A DNA stretch of 64,000 nt, taken from the NCBI GenBank assembly GCA_040260805.1, contig JBDQPD010000003.1:1-64000 (forward strand), read 5' to 3'. Positions 9,856 to 20,234 of this stretch are shown here, one piece after another. The translations under genes and the position numbers were made by a program. The first letter of the stretch is position 1. Each line of letters starts with the position of its first letter. Under the pieces are notes generated by a model that was given only the letters and a program-made list of their open reading frames with translations, did no database searches and was not told where the DNA came from. The stretch comes from Myxococcota bacterium (GTDB lineage Bacteria > Myxococcota > UBA4151).

Positions 9856-11700
9856 TTATTCGCCTCCGCCTAGACCTTCGCCGATCATCGCTTCAGAAGC
9901 TTCTGCGTACATCGCATCGGCAATCTTATGACTCGACAATTCTAAGCGCTGAACAGCCTGCCGTAAGCCGTCGTACTCTTCACGAGACAGCTCTTGTCGC
10001 AGGTTGTTCAGATCCAAACGAATCTGTTCCACGTCATCCGTGGTCAGCACGTGGGCGTATTCCTCAATCGCCTTATCCGTGGTGTAGATCAGACCGTCTG
10101 CGTTGTTGCGCAATTCAGCCATCTGACGGGCTTTCCTATCCGCCTCACGGTAATCGTCGGCTTCCGAGATCATGTTGTCGATCGCGCCTTCACTCAGACC
10201 CGACGACGACACGATCCGGATGCTCTGTTTTTTACCCGTGCCTAGATCCCGTGCGCTCACGTTCACAAGACCCGAGGCGTCAATATCAAAGCTGACTTCA
10301 ATTTGAGGAACGCCTCGAGGGGCTGGCGGAATACCGACCAGCTCGAAGCGACCCAAGCTCATATTATCGGACGACATCTCACGTTCGCCCTGGAGCACGT
10401 GAATCGTCACTAAAGGCTGATTGTCTACTGCGGTTGAGAAGACCATCGACTTACGTGTCGGTACGGTGGTGTTGCGCTCAATGATGCGCGTCATCAACCC
10501 ACCTTGGGTCTCAACACCTAAGCTCAAAGGCGTGACGTCAAGAAGCAGGACGTCTTTAACATCGCCCGCTAGAATACCCGCTTGGATGGCAGCCCCTTGC
10601 GCCACAACCTCGTCAGGGTTCTCTCGCTTATCGGGGTTTTTACCGAAGAATCCGGTGACCTTTTCTTGCAGCATCGGCATGCGCGTTTGACCGCCAACGA
10701 GCAGGACCTCTTCGATATCCCCCGCCGACATTCCGGCGTCTTCAAGGCAACTCTCGCAGCTCTCGAGTGTGCGCTCGACCAAGCCGCCAACCCAAGCCTC
10801 AAGGTCTTCACGCTTGAGCTCGCGAGTCAGGTGTTTCGCGCCCGAAGCATCAGCAGAGATGAACGGGAGATTGATTTCGGTGACCTCAGCGGTCGAGAGT
10901 TCGTGTTTGGCGCGCTCGGCTGCCTCTTTGAGGCGCTGCAAAGCCATTCGGTCGTTGCGAAGGTCGACTCCGGTCTCTTCTTGGAACTCGTCAGCGAGCT
11001 TATTGATGATGCACATATCGAAGTCATCACCGCCCAAGAAGGTGTCGCCGTTGGTTGCGACGACCTCAAAGACACCCTTGTTTCGCCTCAGGATCGAGAT
11101 ATCAAACGTACCACCACCCAAATCGTAAACAGCGACGAGCTCGGCCGTGGCGTCGCCCAATCCGTGGGCGAGCGCTGCAGCCGTCGGCTCGTTGATGATC
11201 CGCTCAACTTCCAAACCCGCAATGCGACCTGCATCTCGAGTCGCTTGTCGCTGCGCATCATTGAAGTAGGCAGGAACCGTAATCACGGCTCGCTCGATCT
11301 CACTTCCGAGGTAATCTTCAACAGTTTGCTTCAACCGGCTCAGCACCATCGCTGAAATCTCTGCCGGACTGTAGGCGCGACCGCGCCCCTCTACCCAGGC
11401 GTCGCCGTTCTCTGCTTCCACCACTTTGAAGGGGCGGTTCTCAGACATGGATCCGACCTCTTTCGAGTCGAAGCGGCGGCCGATTAGGCGTTTGACTGAG
11501 TAGATGGTGTTCGCTGGGTTGGTGATCGCCTGACGTTTGGCGATCTGGCCTACCAGCCGCTCACCCGATTCGGTGAAGCCGACCATAGATGGGGTGGTAC
11601 GAGCACCCTCTGCGTTTGGGATAACGACCACTTCGCCATTTTCATAAATAGCGACGCATGAGTTGGTGGTCCCTAAGTCGATTCCGACAATGCGCGACAT
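9856..11700 (-). CDS. dnaK: Chaperone DnaK (Hsp70)
   Basis: [55 protein letters not shown]. Confidence 0.98.
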   Translation of the reverse strand: MSRIVGIDLGTTNSCVAIYENGEVVVIPNAEGARTTPSMVGFTESGERLVGQIAKRQAITNPANTIYSVKRLIGRRFDSKEVGSMSENRPFKVVEAENGDAWVEGRGRAYSPAEISAMVLSRLKQTVEDYLGSEIERAVITVPAYFNDAQRQATRDAGRIAGLEVERIINEPTAAALAHGLGDATAELVAVYDLGGGTFDISILRRNKGVFEVVATNGDTFLGGDDFDMCIINKLADEFQEETGVDLRNDRMALQRLKEAAERAKHELSTAEVTEINLPFISADASGAKHLTRELKREDLEAWVGGLVERTLESCESCLEDAGMSAGDIEEVLLVGGQTRMPMLQEKVTGFFGKNPDKRENPDEVVAQGAAIQAGILAGDVKDVLLLDVTPLSLGVETQGGLMTRIIERNTTVPTRKSMVFSTAVDNQPLVTIHVLQGEREMSSDNMSLGRFELVGIPPAPRGVPQIEVSFDIDASGLVNVSARDLGTGKKQSIRIVSSSGLSEGAIDNMISEADDYREADRKARQMAELRNNADGLIYTTDKAIEEYAHVLTTDDVEQIRLDLNNLRQELSREEYDGLRQAVQRLELSSHKIADAMYAEASEAMIGEGLGGGE

Positions 11701-11705
11701 ACGGT

Positions 11706-12461
11706 TTAGCTCTCAGCCTCCGGGCCATCTGTGCCATTAAACGACGAATCGGATGCGCTGTCCAACTTTCCGGCACTCACGACAACAGAAGCTGCGCGCA
11801 ACAGGCGGTCGTGGAGCATGTAACCTTTCTGCATTTGCTCGCAGACGAGGTCCTCTGCGTGGACAGCATGTCCTTGACGGGCGACCGCCTCGTGGCGCTC
11901 GGGATCGAAAACCTCTCCAACGCTTTCAAAGGCTTTGACGCCGTGGCGGTCCAAAACACTCAGCATCTGATTGAGGATCATTTTGACGCCTTCAGACAAC
12001 GAGCCTGCGCTGTCCTCTTCGGTCGATACCGAGAGTGCGCGTTCGATGTTGTCGACAACGCCAAGAAGGTCACGCATCGAGTTCTCGGACGCATACAGCC
12101 GCTGCGTTGCTTGTTCCCGCTGCACACGCTTTCGGTAGTTATCAAAGTCCGCCATCAAACGCATGTGGCGCGTCTTGAGCTCCTCAAGCGCTTTAGCGCT
12201 GCCGTCATCCTGAGCGGGCCGAACGAGCTTTGCTTCGGGCGTCGCTTCGACATCCGTAGCGGCATCGTTGACCGCTTTGGTCGCCTCAGCGGCAACCGCA
12301 TTCGCAGCTTTTTGCGGCTCGACAGCCGGCTGAGCGGCGGCGGCATTTGCCTGGCTGACCTCTGGCTCTACAGCCTGAGTGCTAGGCTCATCGCCGAGCG
12401 AATCCACCGCAGCCAGCGCTTCGGCGATTGCATCTTCCATGCTCTGATTCTGCTTGTTCAT
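11706..12461 (-). CDS. grpE: Nucleotide exchange factor GrpE
   Basis: [33 protein letters not shown]. Directly upstream of dnaK. Confidence 0.96.
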   Translation of the reverse strand: MNKQNQSMEDAIAEALAAVDSLGDEPSTQAVEPEVSQANAAAAQPAVEPQKAANAVAAEATKAVNDAATDVEATPEAKLVRPAQDDGSAKALEELKTRHMRLMADFDNYRKRVQREQATQRLYASENSMRDLLGVVDNIERALSVSTEEDSAGSLSEGVKMILNQMLSVLDRHGVKAFESVGEVFDPERHEAVARQGHAVHAEDLVCEQMQKGYMLHDRLLRAASVVVSAGKLDSASDSSFNGTDGPEAES

Positions 12462-12502
12462 CGAGTGACCCTAACGTGCACGCGGCGCTCCTAACTCAAA
12501 AC

Positions 12503-13732
12503 TTACAGTGAAGAAAACGCTGAAACCGCCTCGGCGTTGAGTAGATCGCCGGCGACGGCATCCACTCGGTGAACCGCATCCTGCGTCAGGCGGTAAGGCC
12601 GAGCATTTGTTAGCGTTTTCTCTTCGATCAACCGATGCACGGTAGCCAGCAATTGAGCATCCGCAAGCCCAAAGGCATTACCCCAGTGCTCAGGGTCGAT
12701 CCCGAGATCAAAGTCGCGCACACCAAGCATTGAAGCCTCGCGCAGCCACTGAGAGGGCGTTAGCGTCTCATCATGATCATCCTGAACAAAGCGAAGCTCC
12801 TGAGATCCTTGGTCAACCTTTTGCTTCCAACCGCGCAGGCTCTTGGGATTGCAGCGGCGCTCTAAACCGCCGTGGCCAAGCTGCCGCTGGCCATGGGCAC
12901 CCGGGCCAACCCCGATAAAGGTCCGATCCCGCCAATACGACCGATTGTGCCGACTGCTACTGCCCGGTTTTGCGAAATTACTGATCTCATAACGATGCAT
13001 CCCTGCGGCAGCCGCTTTGTCGGCAACCATTTGATACATCCGCAGCCAGGTTGATCGATCAAGCTCCTCTAAACGCCCGGCTCGAAACTCAGTCCCAAAA
13101 TGCGTGCCGTCTTCGATGGTCAAACCATAAAGCGAGACATGCTCCGCGCCCAAACCAAAGAAACGAACGAGCATCTTATCGAGCGTGGAATCAAGCTGGT
13201 TTGGTAAGCCGAAAATAAGATCTAGGCTCAAATTGTCGAAGCCCGCCTGACGCGCAGAATCAACCCCTCGCAAAGCCGTCAAAGCGTCGTGCCTTCGACC
13301 GAGCCACTGTAACTCCTGGTCCTCTAAACTTTGCACTCCAATGCTCAATCGGTTGATCCCGGCGGACCGAAAGTCAGCGAGTCCTTGCGCCGTGATATCC
13401 TCTGGGTTTGCTTCTAACGTAATCTCTGCTGAAGCGCTGATCCCGAACAAGCGATCGATCGTGCCCAAGAGGCGAGCGGTCAGAGCCGGGCTCATTCGCC
13501 CTGGCGTGCCGCCGCCAAAATAAATCGTGGTCACCCGACCATCAACCCACTCACTCCACAACTCGAGCTCTCTAATGATGGTTGAAGCGTAGGCGGGGTC
13601 CTCTTCGGACGTGGTCGAAAAAAAGTCGCAATAGGGGCAGAGCGTAGCGCAATACGGGTAGTGGAGATAAACTTGCAGATCGGCCTCCTTTGACAGGCAA
13701 GGAATCACAAGCGACAAGCACCGTAAGCGCAC
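12503..13732 (-). CDS. hemW: Radical SAM heme chaperone HemW
   Basis: YLHYPYC...CPYCDF, IYFGGGTP, EITLEANP, YEISNF, HNRSYW. The true start is probably near 13678 (see findings). Confidence 0.9.
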   Translation of the reverse strand: MRLRCLSLVIPCLSKEADLQVYLHYPYCATLCPYCDFFSTTSEEDPAYASTIIRELELWSEWVDGRVTTIYFGGGTPGRMSPALTARLLGTIDRLFGISASAEITLEANPEDITAQGLADFRSAGINRLSIGVQSLEDQELQWLGRRHDALTALRGVDSARQAGFDNLSLDLIFGLPNQLDSTLDKMLVRFFGLGAEHVSLYGLTIEDGTHFGTEFRAGRLEELDRSTWLRMYQMVADKAAAAGMHRYEISNFAKPGSSSRHNRSYWRDRTFIGVGPGAHGQRQLGHGGLERRCNPKSLRGWKQKVDQGSQELRFVQDDHDETLTPSQWLREASMLGVRDFDLGIDPEHWGNAFGLADAQLLATVHRLIEEKTLTNARPYRLTQDAVHRVDAVAGDLLNAEAVSAFSSL

Positions 13733-13750
13733 CTTCGCGACGGAAGCAAC

Positions 13751-16700
13751 ATGCTCGCGCCGACCGGAACTGTCACCCTTGTCTTTACTGACCTGCGCGC
13801 CTCAGAGCGTCTGTGGTCACAAGTGCCTGATACCATGCGAATTGCGCTGAATCAGCACGATAAAATTGTACGCGAGTCCTTACGTCAACACAAAGGCTAC
13901 GAGGTCAAATGCGAAGACGGCTCATTCATGCTGGCCTTTGCAGAATCAGAATTAGCGCTCGAATTTGCCGCGGACCTGCAGCTGCGCTTGCTCTGCGCAG
14001 ACTGGCCCGACGCCCTGCTCGAAGACGATGCCGCCGGTGCGGTGCGAAGTGACAAGGGCAGGCTGATCTTTGCCGGGCTGCGCAGCAGCGTCGGGATGCA
14101 TCATGGTGACGTTGAATGCCGAATCGACCCAACGACAGGTCGAATGGACTATTTCGGCCCGACAGCAAACCGCGCCGCGCGGATTTCGGCGGCTGCGCAT
14201 GAGGGGCAGACCCTCCTGAGTAAAAGTCTACAGCTCGCACCGAGCGAGCAGAGCGCATGGGTTATCGACGGTTTAGGGACGCATCAATTACGGGGACTTG
14301 AAGGTGCGCTTGAGCTGTTTGAGCTCAAACCTAAAAGCCTTGTAGACCGGCGCTTCCCGCCCCCGCTAACGCTCAACGCCATCCGCACCAACCTGCAACC
14401 CCGCAGCGATCGGTTTATCGGCAGAGTCGAACAACTCGAAGCGATCGAGGGGTCCTTAGAGCAAGGTCATCGGCTCGTTACGCTAATGGGCGCCTCTGGG
14501 CTGGGGAAAACTCGCCTGGCGCAGCGTTATGGCGGCTTGCATCTCGAAGCTTTTCCCGGCGGCATTTGGTTTTGCGATATCGCAGAAGCAACTGATCTCA
14601 ACGATGTGATCGCATGCGTCGGACACACCTTAGCGATCCCTCTAACCAGTGGTCGCAACGACAGCGAACTGCTGGAGCAAATTGGCACGCAGCTCAATAA
14701 AAATGGGACGTCGCTGCTGATTTTAGACAACCTAGAACAAGCGATTGAACCCTCGGCTCAGGCGATCGAGCGCTGGCTCGCCATGGCCGAGTCCCTGACG
14801 ATTTTGGCAACGAGCCAAGAGCGTCTTCGACTCAGCGCCGAGATCACGCATGAGGTTCGGCCACTCAATGAAGCCGAAGGAATTGAGTTGTTCCATGCAC
14901 GCGTCAAAGAGCTACGCGGCGATTACAACCCGTCCGTTAATCAGCGCTCAGTGCTGGCTGAGGTCATCCGCTCGCTCGACTCGATCCCGCTAGCCATTGA
15001 GCTAGCGGCGGCTCAGATTCGGCACATGAGCCTGATGTCGCTTAGCCAACAGATCCAACAACGACTCGACCTACTCAGCGATGAAAGCAGTGAAGCGCCT
15101 CCGCGCCATCGTACACTTCGCGCGGCGATCGAGTGGTCATGGGATTTACTCACTGATTTTGAAAAAGATGTCTTGAGCCAAGCTTCGGTCTTTCGAGGTG
15201 GGTTTCATCTCGACGCCGCTGAGGTGATTATCGAACCGAGCGACCCCGACAGCCCCTGGGTCATGGACCTGCTCGAATCGCTGAACGATAAAAGCTTATT
15301 GGTCACTCAGGACCAAGCAGAAGGAACCCTGCGATTTTCGATCTATGAGAGCATCCGCCTTTATGCAGCCGAAGTTCTTGATCGCAACGATACCGAGCAT
15401 TCGGCGCAAGCTCGTCATGCCGAGTACTTTGCGAGGGAATCGAGGCGTTTTAGCGCCGGTTTGTACGGATCAGAAGGTAAAAGACTCCGTCAGGAGTTGA
15501 GTTACGACCTAAAGAACCTTCAAGCGGTTTCGGCTTGGGGGGGCGCATCGCCTGACCAACGCGGAGAGGCGATCTTTGCCCAACTCGCTCTTCGTAAACT
15601 CACAGGGCCGATCAAATCGCGCGGACCGCTCCTCAAAGCGATTGCTGACGACTTGTCGAAACTCGAGCCCAACTTGCACGGACGCCTGCTCCGAGCGCGC
15701 GCCGAATACGAAGCCGAAACCGGTGAGGTCGCTGCGGCGAAAGAAACCCTTACTTTGGCGCTCGCCACGGCGCGCAACGCTGATGATCAAGAACTTCAGG
15801 GTCGAGTCCTAGGGTCTTTGGGTTTACTGCACCGGCAAAGCGCTGAGGTCACTCAGGCGCGAGCAGCTTTCAACGAAGCGCTCAATAAAGCGCGTGCGAG
15901 CAACGACGACCGAACGCGCAGCGCAACCCTGAACAACCTGGCAGCGCTCGAGCACGACCAGGCGCGCTTCCAAACCGCAGAAGAGCTTTTTCTTGAGGCT
16001 TATGACCTTTGCGTCTCTCGGCAGCACATCCTAGGCGCTGCAACCGCTCAAATGAACTTGGGTACGATCAACTTAGAGCGAGGAGATCTCGAGCGAGCTC
16101 GGCACTTCTATCATGAAGCCATTCAGACCTTTCAGAGCAACAAGGACCAAGCCTACGAGATGATGGTCATGACGTTGCTCGGCTTGGTGGACCTGGATGA
16201 GGGTGCATATTCAGCCGCTAAGAAGGCGCTGAGCAAATCCCTCAAATCGGCAACAGACTCAGGCGATATGATGGTCCAGATTATGTCTGAGTGTTGGCAT
16301 GGAGTAGCCCACTGGCTCGACAACGAAGACGAAGCCGCCTTTGTTCGACTTAGGGCGTCTGCGTCCATCATGCGCGACCAAAACAATCCCAAAATGCTCG
16401 CTTTTGTACACGGTTATTACGGCTCCATGCTTGCGGTCAGAGGTCGGATATCCGAGGCCAGAGAGAAGTTTCGTTTGGCGCGCTACTTAATGCGTCAAAC
16501 CAACAACCGAAACCATCTCGATGCGCTGAAGATTATGGTCGGTCTCGCGGCGGCGTCGCTGGCCGAGCAAGCGCATCAGGCAGGCGACGAGAAAGCCTAC
16601 GCAAGGCATTTAGCGATTGCGCTGCAACGCAGACAGTTTGCGCTGGAACCCACTGAGCCCAACGCATCATTTCCTGATGGCCTACCTGCGCCTACGGCGC

Positions 16701-16840
16701 GCTCCGCTGACGCCAGAATGTGTCTCACCTTGCTCCAGCGAATGCTCTCTAAGCTTCCTGGAATTCCGGATGACCTAAGGGAAGCACTCAAAAAGATGGA
16801 GTCGCCTCGCGACACCTTACCACCGCTCAAAGCGCCGTAA
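13751..16840 (+). CDS. Class III nucleotide cyclase - STAND NTPase - TPR multidomain protein
   Basis: Cyclase motifs TLVFTD, YEVKCEDGSF, GMHHG, MDYFGPTANRAAR. STAND motifs FIGR, GASGLGKT, LLILDNLE, ATSQE, IPLAIELAA, HRTLRAAIEWSWDLL. C-terminal TPR repeats (LGSLG, LNNLA, MNLG). Confidence 0.9.
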   Translation: MLAPTGTVTLVFTDLRASERLWSQVPDTMRIALNQHDKIVRESLRQHKGYEVKCEDGSFMLAFAESELALEFAADLQLRLLCADWPDALLEDDAAGAVRSDKGRLIFAGLRSSVGMHHGDVECRIDPTTGRMDYFGPTANRAARISAAAHEGQTLLSKSLQLAPSEQSAWVIDGLGTHQLRGLEGALELFELKPKSLVDRRFPPPLTLNAIRTNLQPRSDRFIGRVEQLEAIEGSLEQGHRLVTLMGASGLGKTRLAQRYGGLHLEAFPGGIWFCDIAEATDLNDVIACVGHTLAIPLTSGRNDSELLEQIGTQLNKNGTSLLILDNLEQAIEPSAQAIERWLAMAESLTILATSQERLRLSAEITHEVRPLNEAEGIELFHARVKELRGDYNPSVNQRSVLAEVIRSLDSIPLAIELAAAQIRHMSLMSLSQQIQQRLDLLSDESSEAPPRHRTLRAAIEWSWDLLTDFEKDVLSQASVFRGGFHLDAAEVIIEPSDPDSPWVMDLLESLNDKSLLVTQDQAEGTLRFSIYESIRLYAAEVLDRNDTEHSAQARHAEYFARESRRFSAGLYGSEGKRLRQELSYDLKNLQAVSAWGGASPDQRGEAIFAQLALRKLTGPIKSRGPLLKAIADDLSKLEPNLHGRLLRARAEYEAETGEVAAAKETLTLALATARNADDQELQGRVLGSLGLLHRQSAEVTQARAAFNEALNKARASNDDRTRSATLNNLAALEHDQARFQTAEELFLEAYDLCVSRQHILGAATAQMNLGTINLERGDLERARHFYHEAIQTFQSNKDQAYEMMVMTLLGLVDLDEGAYSAAKKALSKSLKSATDSGDMMVQIMSECWHGVAHWLDNEDEAAFVRLRASASIMRDQNNPKMLAFVHGYYGSMLAVRGRISEAREKFRLARYLMRQTNNRNHLDALKIMVGLAAASLAEQAHQAGDEKAYARHLAIALQRRQFALEPTEPNASFPDGLPAPTARSADARMCLTLLQRMLSKLPGIPDDLREALKKMESPRDTLPPLKAP

Positions 16841-16919
16841 CCCAAATGATGCGCCCGCTGCCTTCTCAGAATCGCCAGCCGATGGTACGGCCGAACCACC
16901 CTCAAACTCGGTAGAGCTT

Positions 16920-19265
16920 ATGACCGACCAAACGACCATTGAAATCCCTGCAGAATTACCTGTTTTAGCGCTGCGCGATCTCGTCGTCTTTCCTTTCATG
17001 ATCGCTCCGATTCGGGTCGGGCGAACCAAAAGCATCCGAGCCATTGAAGAAAGCTTAGGTCACGGCAGACTCATCTTCTTGATGACTCAAAAGGATCCGG
17101 GCGTCGAAGACCCGGAAGCAGACGACCTACCGATCGTCGGGTGTATTGCCATGGTGATGCGTATGCACCGCGTCGGTGACGGCGGCATGAAGGTTTTGGT
17201 TCAAGGCTTAATGAAAGCCAGGCGCATCGAAACCACGACCAACGACCCGTGCATGCGGGTGACCTTCGAGGAAATCGAAGACATTGAGCCGCCTGAAATC
17301 TCCGAGGAATGTCAAAATGTCATCGAGAGCGTCCGGGAAAATCTCGACGTCCTTGCGGGGGACCTTCAGGGGCCGGGCGCCGATACGATCATGGTGCTCA
17401 AGGGGGTCCAAGACCCAGGGCGTTTAGCTGATCTCACGGCAGCCCATCTGTCTCTTGAGTCCTCTGAAGCTCAGGAAATTCTTGAGGTCATTGATCCGGT
17501 TGAGCGTCTGACTATGGTGCACCGCTTGCTCGATCTACAGCTGCAGCGACGACAGACCAAAGACCGTATAGAGCAAGCGACGCGCAGCCAAATGAGCCGT
17601 AACCAGAGGGAATACTATCTGCGCGAACAAATGCGGCAGATTCGACGCGAGCTTGGCGACTCAGAAGAAGACGACCCAATCCAAGAGCTACGCGACCGCA
17701 TCGATATGCTCGAATTACCCGAAGAAGCGATGGCTGAAGTCCTCAAGCAAATTCGAAGGCTTGAAGGGCTCAACGCAGAGAGCACAGAAGCGGCAAATCT
17801 GCGCTCCTATCTGGATTGGATCTGTGATCTACCTTGGAACGAATTCACGGAAGATAAACTCGATTTAGCTGAGAGTGAAGAGATCCTTGATGCCGATCAC
17901 TACGGCCTCAACGACGTCAAAGAGCGTATCCTCGAGTACCTCAGCGTGCGTCAAAAGAATCCGAACCTCAAAGGGCCTATCTTGTGCCTTGTGGGCCCTC
18001 CAGGGGTCGGCAAGACCTCAATTGGTAAATCCGTTGCACGCGCCCTTGGTCGTCGCTTTGAGCGTATTTCACTTGGCGGCATGCGTGATGAAGCCGAGAT
18101 CAGAGGTCACCGTCGCACCTATGTCGGCGCCATGCCCGGACGGATCATTCAAGCGATCAAGCAAGCGGGTACGATGAATCCTGTGATCATGCTCGACGAG
18201 CTCGATAAGGTCGGTTCGGACTTTCGCGGTGACCCAGCTGCAGCCCTACTTGAGGTGCTCGATCCAGAACAAAACACAAGCTTTCGGGATCATTACATCA
18301 ACCTACCTTTTGATCTGAGCCAGGTTTTGTTCATCGCCAACGCAAACCTGACCGACACGATCCCACGTCCCTTGCTCGACAGGCTCGAGATGATTCGATT
18401 AGCCGGCTACACGGCCAATGAAAAACTGCAGATCTGCCGACGCTATATCGTCGACCGGCAGAGCGAGCAAAACGGCTTAAACGAAGAAGAGATTCACTTC
18501 TCAAACCCATCACTTCGTGAGCTGATTCAGGGGTATACACGAGAAGCCGGCGTGCGTGGCCTAGAGCGCCAAGTCGGAACGGTTTGCCGCAAGGTTGCGA
18601 GACGCATCGTCTCCAAAGAGATCACGCGCGGCAAAATCACCCCCAACGCGCTGAGGCGCTACCTAGGCCCGGCGCGCTACACATCCGATCCGGACATTGC
18701 GAACGATGAAGTGGGCTGCGCCAATGGGCTCGCCTGGACGAGCGTCGGTGGCGAAGTGCTCGTTGTGGAAGCCAGCCTGATGAAGGGTAAGGGGAATCTT
18801 ATTCTGACCGGACAGCTCGGCGACGTCATGAAAGAATCCGTGCGCGCAGCGCTGACCTTCTTGCGCAGTCATGGCGAAGAGTTCGGCATCGAAGAATCAG
18901 CGCTCGATGAAAAAGATTTGCATATTCACGTCCCGGCGGGCGCTATCCCCAAAGACGGCCCAAGCGCCGGTATTACGATGGCTACAGCGATTCTTAGCCT
19001 GCTCACCGAGCGGGCGGTTCGACGCGACGTCGCCATGACCGGTGAGATCACCTTGCGCGGGCGAGTGATGACCATCGGCGGGCTCAAGGAAAAGTGCCTC
19101 GCAGCGCTGCGCCTAGGGATCAAAACCGTGTTGATTCCCAAGGGTAACGAAGTCGATGTGGGCGAGCTCCCCAAAGAGGTGCGGCGCGGTTTGGATATCT
19201 ATCCCTGCGAGCATGTCCGTGAGGTGTTCGAGCACACCTTTGTTGAGGACGACTCGGGCGCTTAG
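16920..19265 (+). CDS. lon: ATP-dependent Lon protease (paralog 1)
   Basis: LON N-domain [43 protein letters not shown] (catalytic Ser), IGGLKEK (catalytic Lys). Confidence 0.97.
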   Translation: MTDQTTIEIPAELPVLALRDLVVFPFMIAPIRVGRTKSIRAIEESLGHGRLIFLMTQKDPGVEDPEADDLPIVGCIAMVMRMHRVGDGGMKVLVQGLMKARRIETTTNDPCMRVTFEEIEDIEPPEISEECQNVIESVRENLDVLAGDLQGPGADTIMVLKGVQDPGRLADLTAAHLSLESSEAQEILEVIDPVERLTMVHRLLDLQLQRRQTKDRIEQATRSQMSRNQREYYLREQMRQIRRELGDSEEDDPIQELRDRIDMLELPEEAMAEVLKQIRRLEGLNAESTEAANLRSYLDWICDLPWNEFTEDKLDLAESEEILDADHYGLNDVKERILEYLSVRQKNPNLKGPILCLVGPPGVGKTSIGKSVARALGRRFERISLGGMRDEAEIRGHRRTYVGAMPGRIIQAIKQAGTMNPVIMLDELDKVGSDFRGDPAAALLEVLDPEQNTSFRDHYINLPFDLSQVLFIANANLTDTIPRPLLDRLEMIRLAGYTANEKLQICRRYIVDRQSEQNGLNEEEIHFSNPSLRELIQGYTREAGVRGLERQVGTVCRKVARRIVSKEITRGKITPNALRRYLGPARYTSDPDIANDEVGCANGLAWTSVGGEVLVVEASLMKGKGNLILTGQLGDVMKESVRAALTFLRSHGEEFGIEESALDEKDLHIHVPAGAIPKDGPSAGITMATAILSLLTERAVRRDVAMTGEITLRGRVMTIGGLKEKCLAALRLGIKTVLIPKGNEVDVGELPKEVRRGLDIYPCEHVREVFEHTFVEDDSGA

Positions 19266-19268
19266 GCA

Positions 19269-20234
19269 ATGGCCGAAACTGATCTGATCTCTGTCTTGGT
19301 AAAGCAAGCTCGTCGACACAAAGACGGGCAAACTCAGTTGGGACCAGGTGACGACGGCGCTTTTATTCGCAGCGTCTCGAATGGTTTAGTGGTGTCCACC
19401 GACAGCTATCTTGAGGGCAGCCACTACCGAAAGGCTTGGCTCGAACCTGAGCAGCTTGCTCAGCGCTGCTTAGGCGCTGCGCTAAGCGACCTGGCCGCGA
19501 TGGGCGCGCTGCCTCGCTTTTATACCTTAGCGCTGAGTCTCGATGGATCAGAACCCGATGACTTTATCCACCGCCTCGGTACCGGTCTCGGGGTGGTCGC
19601 CAAACAGTTCAAAATTGATCTGATCGGCGGCGACATCACCAAAAGCAGTCAGCAAGGGCTCACCTTCACCGTCATGGGGAGCCCAATGCAAGGCCGTGTT
19701 CTGCGACGACATGGCGCTCGTGAAGGGGATGAAATTTGGTTGAGTGGCAGCCTTGGCGCCTCGGCGGCGGGTCTTGCGGTCCTCAAGAACAACGCCAACG
19801 ACAAAAGCCAGCTTAGCGATGGGTTCCGAACGGTTGAACCCCGGATCCTCCTTGGCACAACGCTGACTCGAATGGGAATTGCCAGCGCCGGGCTCGATCT
19901 AAGCGATGGCTTAATTTTGGATCTCTACCGTCTGTGTAGGGCTTCACAATGCGGTGCGGTGATCGATCGCAAATCGCTTCCTGTTGATCCAAGGGTTAAT
20001 CGAATTTCGGAGATGATGAATGAACCAAGCGATCAGTACGTTTTATACGGCGGTGAGGATTATGAGTTGTTGTTCTGCGTTTCACCATCGATGGTAGAGG
20101 CGATGCATGACGTCTCCATAGCAACCTCGGTGCGCCTGACGCGCATTGGGGTGATCACCAGCGGCAAGCAGGTTACTGATCGATCAGGTACAGTTTATCC
20201 CCAGCGTGGCTGGGACCCTTTTATGGAGCTTTGA
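19269..20234 (+). CDS. thiL: Thiamine-monophosphate kinase
   Basis: GPGDDGA, STD, SDLAAMGA.P, LIGGD, DLSDGL, GGEDYELLF, GWDPF. Confidence 0.93.
   Translation: MAETDLISVLVKQARRHKDGQTQLGPGDDGAFIRSVSNGLVVSTDSYLEGSHYRKAWLEPEQLAQRCLGAALSDLAAMGALPRFYTLALSLDGSEPDDFIHRLGTGLGVVAKQFKIDLIGGDITKSSQQGLTFTVMGSPMQGRVLRRHGAREGDEIWLSGSLGASAAGLAVLKNNANDKSQLSDGFRTVEPRILLGTTLTRMGIASAGLDLSDGLILDLYRLCRASQCGAVIDRKSLPVDPRVNRISEMMNEPSDQYVLYGGEDYELLFCVSPSMVEAMHDVSIATSVRLTRIGVITSGKQVTDRSGTVYPQRGWDPFMEL

Noticed and set aside
10025..10040. parS-like half site TGTTCCACGT inside dnaK
   Set aside because: The second half (CATCCG) does not match; not palindromic.
10582..12494. Long antisense ORFs opposite dnaK and grpE (257 and 278 aa)
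   Set aside because: Well-known shadow ORFs produced by codon bias of highly expressed genes; no RBS or domain motifs.
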